From contig JAEZTJ010000083.1 of assembly GCA_023421505.1 (NCBI GenBank), positions 6,515 through 70,514 on the forward strand: 64,000 nucleotides of DNA, written 5' to 3'. This DNA comes from Bacillota bacterium (GTDB lineage Bacteria; Bacillota; Clostridia; Lachnospirales; Lachnospiraceae). Below, one piece after another: positions 20,908-29,763 of the stretch (position 1 is its first letter; every line of letters starts with the position of its first letter). Under the pieces are notes generated by a model. The model did not search any database and was not told the origin of the DNA. It saw only the letters and a program-made list of their open reading frames with translations. The translations under genes were made by a program, and so were the position numbers.

Positions 20908-21599
20908 TTGAATACCTCCCTGAACAATGTATCTACAGATTTTCCCTCATTAAAGCGAATATCCTCCACTGATTTATGGAGTGTAACCTGACCATCCTTA
21001 ATAAATATAACTTCATCCAATACCTGTTCAATATCGGTAATGAGATGAGTAGATATTAGTACAGTTGCATTTTCGTTATAATTTGAAATTATTGTATTGA
21101 GGATATAATCACGGGCAGCAGGATCAACACCACCGATTGGTTCATCCAAACAGTATAAATCAGCCTTTCTGCTCATGACCAGGACGAGCTGTACTTTCTC
21201 CTTCGTTCCTTTGGATAGTGTCTTCATACGCTTGCTCGGATCAAGATGAAGGCGGTCCAACATATCATAGGCTTTTTTTTGATCAAAATCGGTATAAAAA
21301 TCTTGAAAAAAGCCTATTGTCTCTGAAATTCGCATCCATTCCGGCAGATAGGTTCTTTCCGGCAGATAGGAGACAATTTTTTTCGTTTCTGTACCGGGTT
21401 CCTTGCCGTCAATCAGTAGCTTTCCGCTTGAGGGCACCAATAGTCCATTTATTAATTTTATAAGAGTGGTTTTTCCGCTCCCGTTCGGGCCTAAGAGTCC
21501 GATAATCCGGCCGCGGTCTAAGGTTAGGTCAACATTATTTAAAGCAACAAGATTTGAAAACTTTTTTGTTAAGGTCTTGCATTCAAGTATTGCATTCAT
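20901..21599 (-). CDS. ABC transporter ATP-binding protein (YtrB/YhcG-like)
   Basis: GPNGSGKT, LSKG, LDEP motifs. Confidence 0.93.
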   Translation of the reverse strand: MNAILECKTLTKKFSNLVALNNVDLTLDRGRIIGLLGPNGSGKTTLIKLINGLLVPSSGKLLIDGKEPGTETKKIVSYLPERTYLPEWMRISETIGFFQDFYTDFDQKKAYDMLDRLHLDPSKRMKTLSKGTKEKVQLVLVMSRKADLYCLDEPIGGVDPAARDYILNTIISNYNENATVLISTHLITDIEQVLDEVIFIKDGQVTLHKSVEDIRFNEGKSVDTLFREVFKC

Positions 21600-21628
21600 A
21601 TATTCTAACTCCCATCTGCGCTCAACGC

Positions 21629-21997
21629 CTATTTTCCATTTTGTATAACATCAGTTACCAGATTAAGGGTTTCCTGTGGTTCGTAACCTAGCTGCTTCAT
21701 TCGTTCAAGAAAATCCTTTACTAATTCCTTTGCTGATAAACCTTTCAGCTTACTGATCATCACTTCATCTGAGGTAATAAATCTTCCGCTGGTTCGGTTA
21801 GTATAAATCAGTCCGGTACGTTCTAACTCAACCAGTGCCTTCTGCATTGTATTGGGATTTACTGCCGCCTCTGCAGCTAAGTCCCGTACGGAGGGTAATT
21901 TATCACCTGGTTTAAACTTACCGGATATGATTCCTGCCTGAATCTGTTCAATTAACTGAATATAAACCGGTCGTTCAGAATCTATTTCCCATTTCAT
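21629..21997 (-). CDS. GntR family (YtrA subfamily) regulator
   Basis: PVYIQL, LPSVRDLA, VNPNTMQKA; short C-terminal domain; heads an ABC operon. Confidence 0.92.
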   Translation of the reverse strand: MKWEIDSERPVYIQLIEQIQAGIISGKFKPGDKLPSVRDLAAEAAVNPNTMQKALVELERTGLIYTNRTSGRFITSDEVMISKLKGLSAKELVKDFLERMKQLGYEPQETLNLVTDVIQNGK

Positions 21998-22012
21998 TAA
22001 ATAACTCCTTTC

Positions 22013-22072
22013 AATTGTACTACTGTATTAAGTGGTTAATACAATAATACAATTAAGTATTTCAGTTGTCAA
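22013..22072 (-). promoter_or_regulatory. SigA promoter (TTGACA-17-TATTAT) overlapped by a long palindromic YtrA-type operator
   Basis: -35 at 22067-22072 and -10 at 22044-22049 (minus). Palindrome aattgtactactgtattaa-gtgg-ttaatacaataatacaatt at 22013-22054. Confidence 0.75.
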
Positions 22073-22128
22073 TATCATTTTTGATTTTTTAGCTTTTTTA
22101 TTAAAATTATTTCGTATATAATAGGTAA

Positions 22129-22361
22129 TAGTGTGAATAGTCTTGCAAAGTACATGCAAGACTTTATAAGAATAGCACAAGACGCTATTCTTCAGAATTT
22201 ATGCCCAAAAAGCATGGGCGTTAGTGTGAATTGTTGAAAAGAACAATTCACACCTAGAAGTTTGTGCCTGCGTAACCAAAGTGTGCAAGCATACTTGGCA
22301 CAAACTAATTCAAAGGGTAGCCATGCTGCCCAAAATACGCAGGTTTTTGGCAGATTGGAGG
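22129..22361 (+). repeat. Modular palindromic repeat, locus 2 (short C, A-B, D-like module ending in the recG SD)
   Basis: TAGTGTGAAT at 22129 and 22222; gctgcccaaaatacgcaggtttttggcagattggagg precedes the recG ATG. Confidence 0.9.
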
Positions 22362-22366
22362 TTAGT

Positions 22367-24403
22367 ATGGAAGCAAACGATCCAATAAAGGTTATCAAGG
22401 GGATTGGCGAAAAGACGGAGAAGCTATTTAGTAAGCTTGGTATATTGACAGTAGAGGATTTACTAGAACACTATCCCAGAGGGTATGATGAATTCGAGAG
22501 ACCTGTACCGATTTCGGCTATCAAGGAAGGAGTAATCCATACAATTGAAGCCTCGCTCGCAGCTTCACCTAAAATAAAGAAGGTAAGGAATCTTCAGATA
22601 ACCAGTGTGCAAGTGAAAGATGCCACTTCCTCCATGTATCTTACCTGGTTTAACATGCCGTTTTTGCAGAAAACATTGCGAACCGGTTCACACTACATAT
22701 TCCGGGGAAAGGTGATCAGAAAGAACGGCATTCTTGTTATAGAACAGCCAGCCATTTATCAAAGAGAAGACTATTATAAATTACTAAAGGTACTGCAGCC
22801 TATTTATCCATTGACAGAAGGTATAACCAATACAATGATTTCGAAAGCAATGAAACAGGTTATATCCGAACTTTCCTTTGCAAAGGACTATATTCCTAAG
22901 CAGCTTGTGAAAGAATATACATTGATGGATAGAACGAAGGCCCTTCGAGAAGTACATTTTCCAAAAGATCGGGAAAGTATGATGAAGGCGAGGCAGCGTC
23001 TTGTCTTTGATGAATTTTTCTTATATTCTCTAGCACTTAGAAAATTAAAGGAATTGAAAGCTATAAAATACTCTGACTATCAAATGAAAAGATGCGAAGA
23101 ATGTGATGATTTAATCCATATGCTTCCTTATCCTCTTACAGGATCGCAGCTAAGGGTATGGGGAGAAATACAACAGGACTTAAGCAGTAATTATACGATG
23201 AATCGATTGATTCAGGGTGATGTAGGCTGCGGCAAAACAATACTGGCAGTTCTTGCGCTTTTAATGGCAGTGAAAAACGGTTATCAGACGTGCTTTATGG
23301 TACCGACAGAGGTTTTGGCAAAACAGCATTACAAATCCCTAACTGAGCTTCTTGCTAAGTATAATGTAACGACATGCCTGTTAGTCGGATCTCAGACTGC
23401 GAAAGAAAAGAAAGAAGCCTACTCACGCATCAAAAGGCATGAAGTGGATATCATTATAGGAACCCATACATTAATACAGGAAAAAGTGGAATACGACCAA
23501 CTGGGGTTAGTTATTACGGATGAACAGCATCGTTTTGGTGTAAAGCAAAGGGAAACGCTGATGAATAAGGGAGGAAGTCCTCACGTTCTAGTTATGAGTG
23601 CCACTCCTATACCAAGAACCTTAGCGATTATTCTGTATGGTGATCTGGATATCTCAATTGTGGACGAGCTTCCGGCGAAGCGTCTGCCGATTAAAAATTG
23701 TGTAGTAGATACTAATTACCGGCCTAATGCATACCGTTTTATTGACGGGCAGAGTGCGAAAGGAAGGCAGGCTTATGTAATATGCCCTATGGTGGAAGAA
23801 AGTGAAGAGGTAGAGGCAGAGAATGTAATCGAATATACAGAGAGACTTAGGGATGCGCTTTCTCTTGATATTACGGTAGAATTTCTCCATGGCAAAATGA
23901 AGCCGAAGGAAAAGAATGAGGTGATGGAACGTTTTGCAGGCGGAGAGATAAAGGTTCTGGTATCCACAACCGTTGTTGAGGTTGGTGTAAATATTCCTAA
24001 TGCGACGGTTATGATGGTGGAGAATGCAGAACGGTTTGGTCTGGCGCAGCTCCATCAATTAAGGGGCAGAGTAGGTCGTGGTGAGCATCAGTCCTATTGT
24101 ATCTTTGTATGTGGAAGCAGCAGCCGAGAGGCCTATGATCGTCTTGAGATATTAAATAAATCCAATGATGGGTTTTATATAGCAAGTGAGGATCTAAAGC
24201 TTCGTGGTCCTGGAGATATTTTTGGCATACGTCAGAGCGGTGAACTTAATTTTAAGTTGGGTGATATCTTTACAGATGCGAGTATTTTAAAGGCTGCAGC
24301 AGAAGCAGTTAAGAAATTAAGCGATCGTGAAATAGATTTGATTTTTGGGGCAAATCCGGAGCTGGAAGAGAAAATATTATATAAAAATTCTGGCACATTA
24401 TAA
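22367..24403 (+). CDS. recG: ATP-dependent DNA helicase RecG
   Basis: QGDVGCGKT, DEQHRFG, MSATPIPR, QLHQLRGRVGRG. Start ATG 22367; the longer ORF start lies inside the repeat. Confidence 0.96.
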   Translation: MEANDPIKVIKGIGEKTEKLFSKLGILTVEDLLEHYPRGYDEFERPVPISAIKEGVIHTIEASLAASPKIKKVRNLQITSVQVKDATSSMYLTWFNMPFLQKTLRTGSHYIFRGKVIRKNGILVIEQPAIYQREDYYKLLKVLQPIYPLTEGITNTMISKAMKQVISELSFAKDYIPKQLVKEYTLMDRTKALREVHFPKDRESMMKARQRLVFDEFFLYSLALRKLKELKAIKYSDYQMKRCEECDDLIHMLPYPLTGSQLRVWGEIQQDLSSNYTMNRLIQGDVGCGKTILAVLALLMAVKNGYQTCFMVPTEVLAKQHYKSLTELLAKYNVTTCLLVGSQTAKEKKEAYSRIKRHEVDIIIGTHTLIQEKVEYDQLGLVITDEQHRFGVKQRETLMNKGGSPHVLVMSATPIPRTLAIILYGDLDISIVDELPAKRLPIKNCVVDTNYRPNAYRFIDGQSAKGRQAYVICPMVEESEEVEAENVIEYTERLRDALSLDITVEFLHGKMKPKEKNEVMERFAGGEIKVLVSTTVVEVGVNIPNATVMMVENAERFGLAQLHQLRGRVGRGEHQSYCIFVCGSSSREAYDRLEILNKSNDGFYIASEDLKLRGPGDIFGIRQSGELNFKLGDIFTDASILKAAAEAVKKLSDREIDLIFGANPELEEKILYKNSGTL

Positions 24404-24480
24404 AAAACATGGTAATATGTGATTTTATCATGTATAATAATAAAAGCAGTTTATTTCATCAATAAAAGAGAAGGTAACCT

Positions 24481-25482
24481 ATGTCAGCCAATGTCTATAT
24501 TACAAATAAAAGCAGAACCTCAGACTCAAAATTATCACTGGTTATACCTGTATACCAAGAGGGAAGTCATATCAGAAGTTCAATCAGTGTTATTGAGAAT
24601 ATTCTAATTAATAATAGCATTCAGTATGAGTTCATTCTGGTGGATGATGGATCAAGGGATAATACCTGGGTGGAAATTAAAAAACTGGCAGAAGCTAATC
24701 CAAACGTCACTTCTTTAAGATTAAGCAGGAATTTTGGGAAGGAATCAGCCTTATGTGCGGGACTCGAATATGCGGATGGTGACATGGTATTAGTAATGGA
24801 TGCGGATTTGCAGCATCCACCGGAGATAATTCCTGATATGGTTATAGCCTGGAAAGATGAGGGCTATGACGTAGTGGAAGGCATCAAAAGCTCAAGAGGA
24901 AAAGAAAACCCAATCTATAAGGCTTGTGCAAAATTTTTTTATTATATTATATATAAAACCTCGGAAATTAATCTTGGAAAAGCATCGGATTATAAGTTGA
25001 TGGATCGAAAGGTAATAGAAGCCTGGAAGGAGATGCCTGAGCGGGCAACCTTTTTCCGCGGAATGACGGCCTGGCTTGGCTTTGATCGAAAGCAGATCTT
25101 GTTTGATGTAGCAGAACGAGTAAATGGTAAGACAAAGTGGTCTTTTATCAGACTGGTCCGTCTTGCTATGAATGCAATCACTTCCTACACCTCAGTTCCG
25201 CTTCACTGTATTACTGTACTTGGTATCATTATGTTTATCGGTGCGATTTTACTTGGTATACAAACCCTGTATATGAAATTCGCAGGGAAGGCAACCAGTG
25301 GTTTTACAACAGTTATCCTGCTGCAGTTGATTATTGGCAGCTCCATAATGATCAGTCTTGGTATGATAGGAATATATTTAACGAAGATTTATAAAGAAGT
25401 GAAAGCCAGACCAAGATACTTAATATCAAAATGCATCAGAGGCTGTGGAAGTAAGCAAAGAGAGGACAACCTTAATTCATAG
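24481..25482 (+). CDS. GT2 polyprenol-phosphate glycosyltransferase (GtrB/YkoT-like)
   Basis: VDDGSRD, SRNFGKE, MDADLQHPP, two C-terminal TMs, RPRY. Confidence 0.9.
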   Translation: MSANVYITNKSRTSDSKLSLVIPVYQEGSHIRSSISVIENILINNSIQYEFILVDDGSRDNTWVEIKKLAEANPNVTSLRLSRNFGKESALCAGLEYADGDMVLVMDADLQHPPEIIPDMVIAWKDEGYDVVEGIKSSRGKENPIYKACAKFFYYIIYKTSEINLGKASDYKLMDRKVIEAWKEMPERATFFRGMTAWLGFDRKQILFDVAERVNGKTKWSFIRLVRLAMNAITSYTSVPLHCITVLGIIMFIGAILLGIQTLYMKFAGKATSGFTTVILLQLIIGSSIMISLGMIGIYLTKIYKEVKARPRYLISKCIRGCGSKQREDNLNS

Positions 25483-25648
25483 GAGTAATAAGTATTTATA
25501 TTCTATTGTTTATTAAATATCAGCACCTAATAAGTAGTATAATAATTTATTAGGTAGAGAGGTTTTTACGGTAGCCTCAAAATTGTCTTGATTTGTGCAT
25601 TTAATATGTAAAAGCATCATTATATAGGTATAGGAATGGAGATTTAAT

Positions 25649-27709
25649 ATGTTTGGAATTTTGTACATCTTACTTAGCTTTACCGTTGGTTTCGCAATTT
25701 GTACTTATATCTTTCCGGGGTTGAGTAAGATTACTAAGACAGATTATTATAACAGGATAATAGAGGTAAGCCCCTATGTGATACTTTTGCCTGCCTGGTA
25801 TATTACAGGAACCTTGGCGATAACCTGGCCTACTTATCTCATAGCTTTATTATTCGGAAATAGGGAAGAGCCATTATTATATGCGAATTTAATCGTGATG
25901 CCGATTGCATTTATAATTTCTTTCCTTGCTATCTATTACAAAATATTTCGAAATAAGACTGAAATGCTTGTTATGATCTGTAAGAATAAGAAGATAATAA
26001 GAACAGAGCTTATATTGCTGGCAGCGATTACTGCATTAGCCAGCATCCTTATGTGGACTACATTTTTTATTTCTGGAGACAGGCTGTATATCGGTGCTTC
26101 CGTATTCAGCGATTTTTCTCCGCATATCGGTATGATAAGGTCTTTTTCCCTTGGAAATAATTTTCCTACAGCCTATTCTCATTATGCAGGTGAAGATATC
26201 AGATATCACTTTATGTTTCAGTTTCTGACCGGTAATTTGGAGTATCTAGGCCTAAGACTTGATTATGCATTTAATATACCAAGTATTATAAGCTTTATCT
26301 TTGCATTTTTGCTGTTATATCTGATGGCTGTTAAAATTACCAGCAAGATAGGAGCAGGAATTCTAGCTTGTCTGTTTTTTGCTTTTCGTAGTGCAAAAAC
26401 TTTATTTACGTATCTGGCAAAGCTGCCAGAGGGTACTAATGTTATAAAAGCTTTAGCGGATAATACTAATTTCATCTCTGATACACCCAATGAAGATTGG
26501 GGTTTATGGAACCTGAATGTGTACTGCAATCAGAGGCATCTGGCTTTTGGTTTGGCAACCATTTTTTTTGTTCTGATCCTGTATTTACCAAGGCTCTATG
26601 AGATGTTTGAAGGACTGAAAGAACATAAGCTTAAAAAAACAAAGTTCAGATTTAATATTCAGTTCACAGCACTTACTAGAATTTTTTTTACAAAGGAAGG
26701 TTGGCTTTGTAAGGATTACAAAAGTGCAATTGCATTAGGCCTCATACTTGGCGGATTAGGTTTTTTTCACGGGGCAGCAGTTATTTGCTGTCTGCTCGTG
26801 CTATTTATCATGGCGGTAGTATCAACACGCAGGCTTGAATATGTGATTACGGCAGGAATTACTCTGTTGTTGACAACACTTCAGTCCAGATTATTTATTC
26901 ATGGCTCAGTCATATCATCGGAATTCTTATTTGGTTTTATTGCAGAGAATAAGACACTGTTTGGAGCTGCTTCCTATCTTGAAAGACTGTTAGGAATTCT
27001 GCCTTTTGTCGTGTTGGCAGCCTTCTGCTTAGAGAAGGGAGTGGGCAGATATCTGATTATAGCTTTTTCTGCGCCCCTCATATTTGCTTTTACGGTATCA
27101 CTAACGATTGATGTAACTGTTAATCATAAATATATTATGATGAGCTGTATTTTACTGGGAATCTATGCCGCAGCACTTCTTATGCGTATTTTTGAGAAAA
27201 GGGATATATTATTACGTTTGGTAGGAATATACCTGCTGGTGGCATTAACTGCTACAGGAATCTATGATTTTTATACTGTTTTGAATAAAAACAGACCTGA
27301 TACGGCAATTGTATTAAGCCTACAGGATCCTCTTACGAAATGGGTGAAGGATAACAGTAATTCGAAGGATGTTTTCCTTACAGCTAGCTATGCTCTCAAT
27401 CAAGCAGTACTTGGAGGAGCAATGCTATATGAAGGATGGCCATACTTTCCCTGGTCAGCCGGGTATGACACTGATTATCGTTCAAACCAGGTAAAATTAA
27501 TGTATGAGGCAAATACACCAGAAAAATTAGATGCCTTAGTCAAGAAGAATAGTATCCGGTTTATTATTGTCGATCATGATAATAGAACAAGTGATTCCTA
27601 TACTGTAAATGAAGCCAATATTAAAGCGACATACGAATGTGTTTTTCGCAATGGGAAAGATGAGTGGATAACCTCCATCTATGATACAAAAAAAGAGATA
27701 GTTAAATAA
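25649..27709 (+). CDS. Polytopic membrane protein, putative GT-C-fold glycosyltransferase
   Basis: About 13 TMs with a loop SDFSPH...RYHF after the early TMs and an extracellular C-terminal domain; glycosylation context. Confidence 0.6.
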   Translation: MFGILYILLSFTVGFAICTYIFPGLSKITKTDYYNRIIEVSPYVILLPAWYITGTLAITWPTYLIALLFGNREEPLLYANLIVMPIAFIISFLAIYYKIFRNKTEMLVMICKNKKIIRTELILLAAITALASILMWTTFFISGDRLYIGASVFSDFSPHIGMIRSFSLGNNFPTAYSHYAGEDIRYHFMFQFLTGNLEYLGLRLDYAFNIPSIISFIFAFLLLYLMAVKITSKIGAGILACLFFAFRSAKTLFTYLAKLPEGTNVIKALADNTNFISDTPNEDWGLWNLNVYCNQRHLAFGLATIFFVLILYLPRLYEMFEGLKEHKLKKTKFRFNIQFTALTRIFFTKEGWLCKDYKSAIALGLILGGLGFFHGAAVICCLLVLFIMAVVSTRRLEYVITAGITLLLTTLQSRLFIHGSVISSEFLFGFIAENKTLFGAASYLERLLGILPFVVLAAFCLEKGVGRYLIIAFSAPLIFAFTVSLTIDVTVNHKYIMMSCILLGIYAAALLMRIFEKRDILLRLVGIYLLVALTATGIYDFYTVLNKNRPDTAIVLSLQDPLTKWVKDNSNSKDVFLTASYALNQAVLGGAMLYEGWPYFPWSAGYDTDYRSNQVKLMYEANTPEKLDALVKKNSIRFIIVDHDNRTSDSYTVNEANIKATYECVFRNGKDEWITSIYDTKKEIVK

Positions 27710-27763
27710 TTATATTATGAAAGAAGTACGCACAACATTAAAAGTATAACAGAATAAGAATAT

Positions 27764-27799
27764 AAGCGAGCCAAATAAGCAGCGCAGGAATGGGGTAAA
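27764..27799 (+). repeat. 36-bp repeat, copy 1 (supplies the glf SD)
   Basis: 32/36 identical to 47256-47291, including 21 identical bp aagcgagccaaataagcagcg. Confidence 0.7.
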
Positions 27800-27801
27800 T
27801 T

Positions 27802-28896
27802 ATGAATTTTAAATACGTAATAGTCGGTGCAGGACTTGCAGGACTTACTATGGCAGAAAGAATTGCGAATGAATTAAAGGAAAAGGTATTAGTGATTGAG
27901 AAGAGAAATCATATCGGAGGAAATATCTATGATTCCTATAATGATGACGGTATATTAATTCATAATTATGGGCCGCATATATTTCATACGAATGACCGTG
28001 AGGTATATGAATATCTCTCCGGATTTACAAAGTGGAATGATTTCTGGCACAGGGTTTTAACCTATGTTGATGGTAATCTTGTACCGATGCCGATTACTGT
28101 GGAGACGATCAATAAGCTTTATAATTTGAAGCTTGATTGTTCCCAGGTAGAGGATTTCTTAAAGAAACAAGCTGTAGAGATTAAGGAGATTAAAACCAGC
28201 AAGGATGTAGCACTAAGTAAAGTTGGCAAGGATATTTACGAGAAAATTTTTGAAACTTATACAAAGAAGCAATGGGGTATTGACCCAAGTGAGCTGGATA
28301 CCTCTGTTATATCAAGAATTCCGATCAGATTAAATCGTGATACCAGGTATTTTAATGATAAATATCAAGGAATGCCAACCCATGGATATACTAAGATGTG
28401 TGAGAGGATGGCTGCCAATAAAAACATAAAGCTAATGCTTAATACAGACTATAGGGAAATAATCGAGGATTTAGATTATGAGATGCTGATTTACACAGGC
28501 GCTACAGATGAGTTTTATAATTACATGCATGGCAAGTTATCCTACCGCAGTATTAATTTTGTATTTGAAACACATGATACAGAAGAATATCAGGAAGCAC
28601 CGGTTGTGAACTTTCCGAATGATTATGACTTTACAAGAATTACAGAGTACAAGAAGCTAACCTGGCAAAAGCATACGAAGACTACGATAGGAAAAGAATT
28701 TCCCTGTTCGGAGGGGGAACCCTACTATCCTTTTCCTACAAAGGATTGCAAGGAACAGTTTGCATTATATGAGGAAGAGATGAAGAAAGAAACGAAGGTG
28801 GTTTTTTTAGGCCGCCTCGCGGAATACCGTTATTACAATATGGATGCTGTTGTAAGAAGAGCCTTAGATACCTTTGAACAAATAAAAGTAAAATAA
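27802..28896 (+). CDS. glf: UDP-galactopyranose mutase
   Basis: GAGLAG FAD motif, HNYGPHIFHT, YTKKQWG, EPYYP, GRLAEYRYYNMD. Confidence 0.95.
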   Translation: MNFKYVIVGAGLAGLTMAERIANELKEKVLVIEKRNHIGGNIYDSYNDDGILIHNYGPHIFHTNDREVYEYLSGFTKWNDFWHRVLTYVDGNLVPMPITVETINKLYNLKLDCSQVEDFLKKQAVEIKEIKTSKDVALSKVGKDIYEKIFETYTKKQWGIDPSELDTSVISRIPIRLNRDTRYFNDKYQGMPTHGYTKMCERMAANKNIKLMLNTDYREIIEDLDYEMLIYTGATDEFYNYMHGKLSYRSINFVFETHDTEEYQEAPVVNFPNDYDFTRITEYKKLTWQKHTKTTIGKEFPCSEGEPYYPFPTKDCKEQFALYEEEMKKETKVVFLGRLAEYRYYNMDAVVRRALDTFEQIKVK

Positions 28897-29039
28897 TACA
28901 GCGGTTTCGCTTAATAAAAAATTTATTATTTTCTAATGAAGAAATTTAAAATTGATGATAGGATAGAGCCTGTGTGATAATAATTACTGTATAACTTACA
29001 AGTATCTTTCATAGGGGCTTGAAAAGGGAGGTTCAGTAA

Positions 29040-29747
29040 TTGGATAAATTATACATTGTTATTCCTGCTTATAATGAAGAGGCAAATATTGGTTCGGTAA
29101 TTAAAGAATGGTATCCAATTGTAGAGAAGATCGGCAATGGAAGCAGACTTGTAATTATAGATGATGGAAGCAAGGATTCTACCTTTCGAATTATGCAGGA
29201 ATATGCAAAGGAATTTAGTGCTTTTGAACCGATTACCAAGCCCAACGGAGGACACGGTGCAACTGTACTATATGGTTATCATTATGCGATTGATGCTGGA
29301 GCGGACTATGTCTTTCAAACTGACTCAGATGGACAGACCTTACCTGAGGAATTTTGGCCTTTTTGGGAACTGAGAAAACAATATGATATGGTAATCGGGC
29401 ACAGACGTGGACGACAGGATGGCTTTTCACGAATAATTGTTACCAAAACACTAAAGCTGGTTCTAAGACTTTGCTTTCATGTCAGCATTACCGATGCTAA
29501 CACACCCTTTCGATTAATGAAGGCTAATCCTCTGAAGGAACATATAAAACTAATTCCAAAGGATTATAATTTGTCAAATGTAGTCTTATCTGTAATATAT
29601 GCAAAAAAGAAGCTTGCAGTAAAATATCTGCCTGTTACTTTCAGACCAAGACAGGGTGGAGTAAATTCAATTAATATGAAGAAAATAATTCGTATCGGGA
29701 AAAAAGCCTGGAGCGATTTTAAGAAGATAAATCAGTATATAAAATAA
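29040..29747 (+). CDS. GT2 glycosyltransferase (DPM-synthase-like)
   Basis: IPAYNEE, DDGSKD, NGGHG, TDSDGQ. TTG start with SD gggagg. Confidence 0.88.
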   Translation: MDKLYIVIPAYNEEANIGSVIKEWYPIVEKIGNGSRLVIIDDGSKDSTFRIMQEYAKEFSAFEPITKPNGGHGATVLYGYHYAIDAGADYVFQTDSDGQTLPEEFWPFWELRKQYDMVIGHRRGRQDGFSRIIVTKTLKLVLRLCFHVSITDANTPFRLMKANPLKEHIKLIPKDYNLSNVVLSVIYAKKKLAVKYLPVTFRPRQGGVNSINMKKIIRIGKKAWSDFKKINQYIK

Positions 29748-29763
29748 TTTTGGAGAGATTATA

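Noticed and set aside
22262..22366. N-terminal extensions of RecG (also B2 at 57703, nuclease at 59557, YlbJ at 39514, activator at 6633, LDT at 32171)
   Set aside because: These come from reading through repeat or hairpin DNA; better starts follow GGAGG further downstream.
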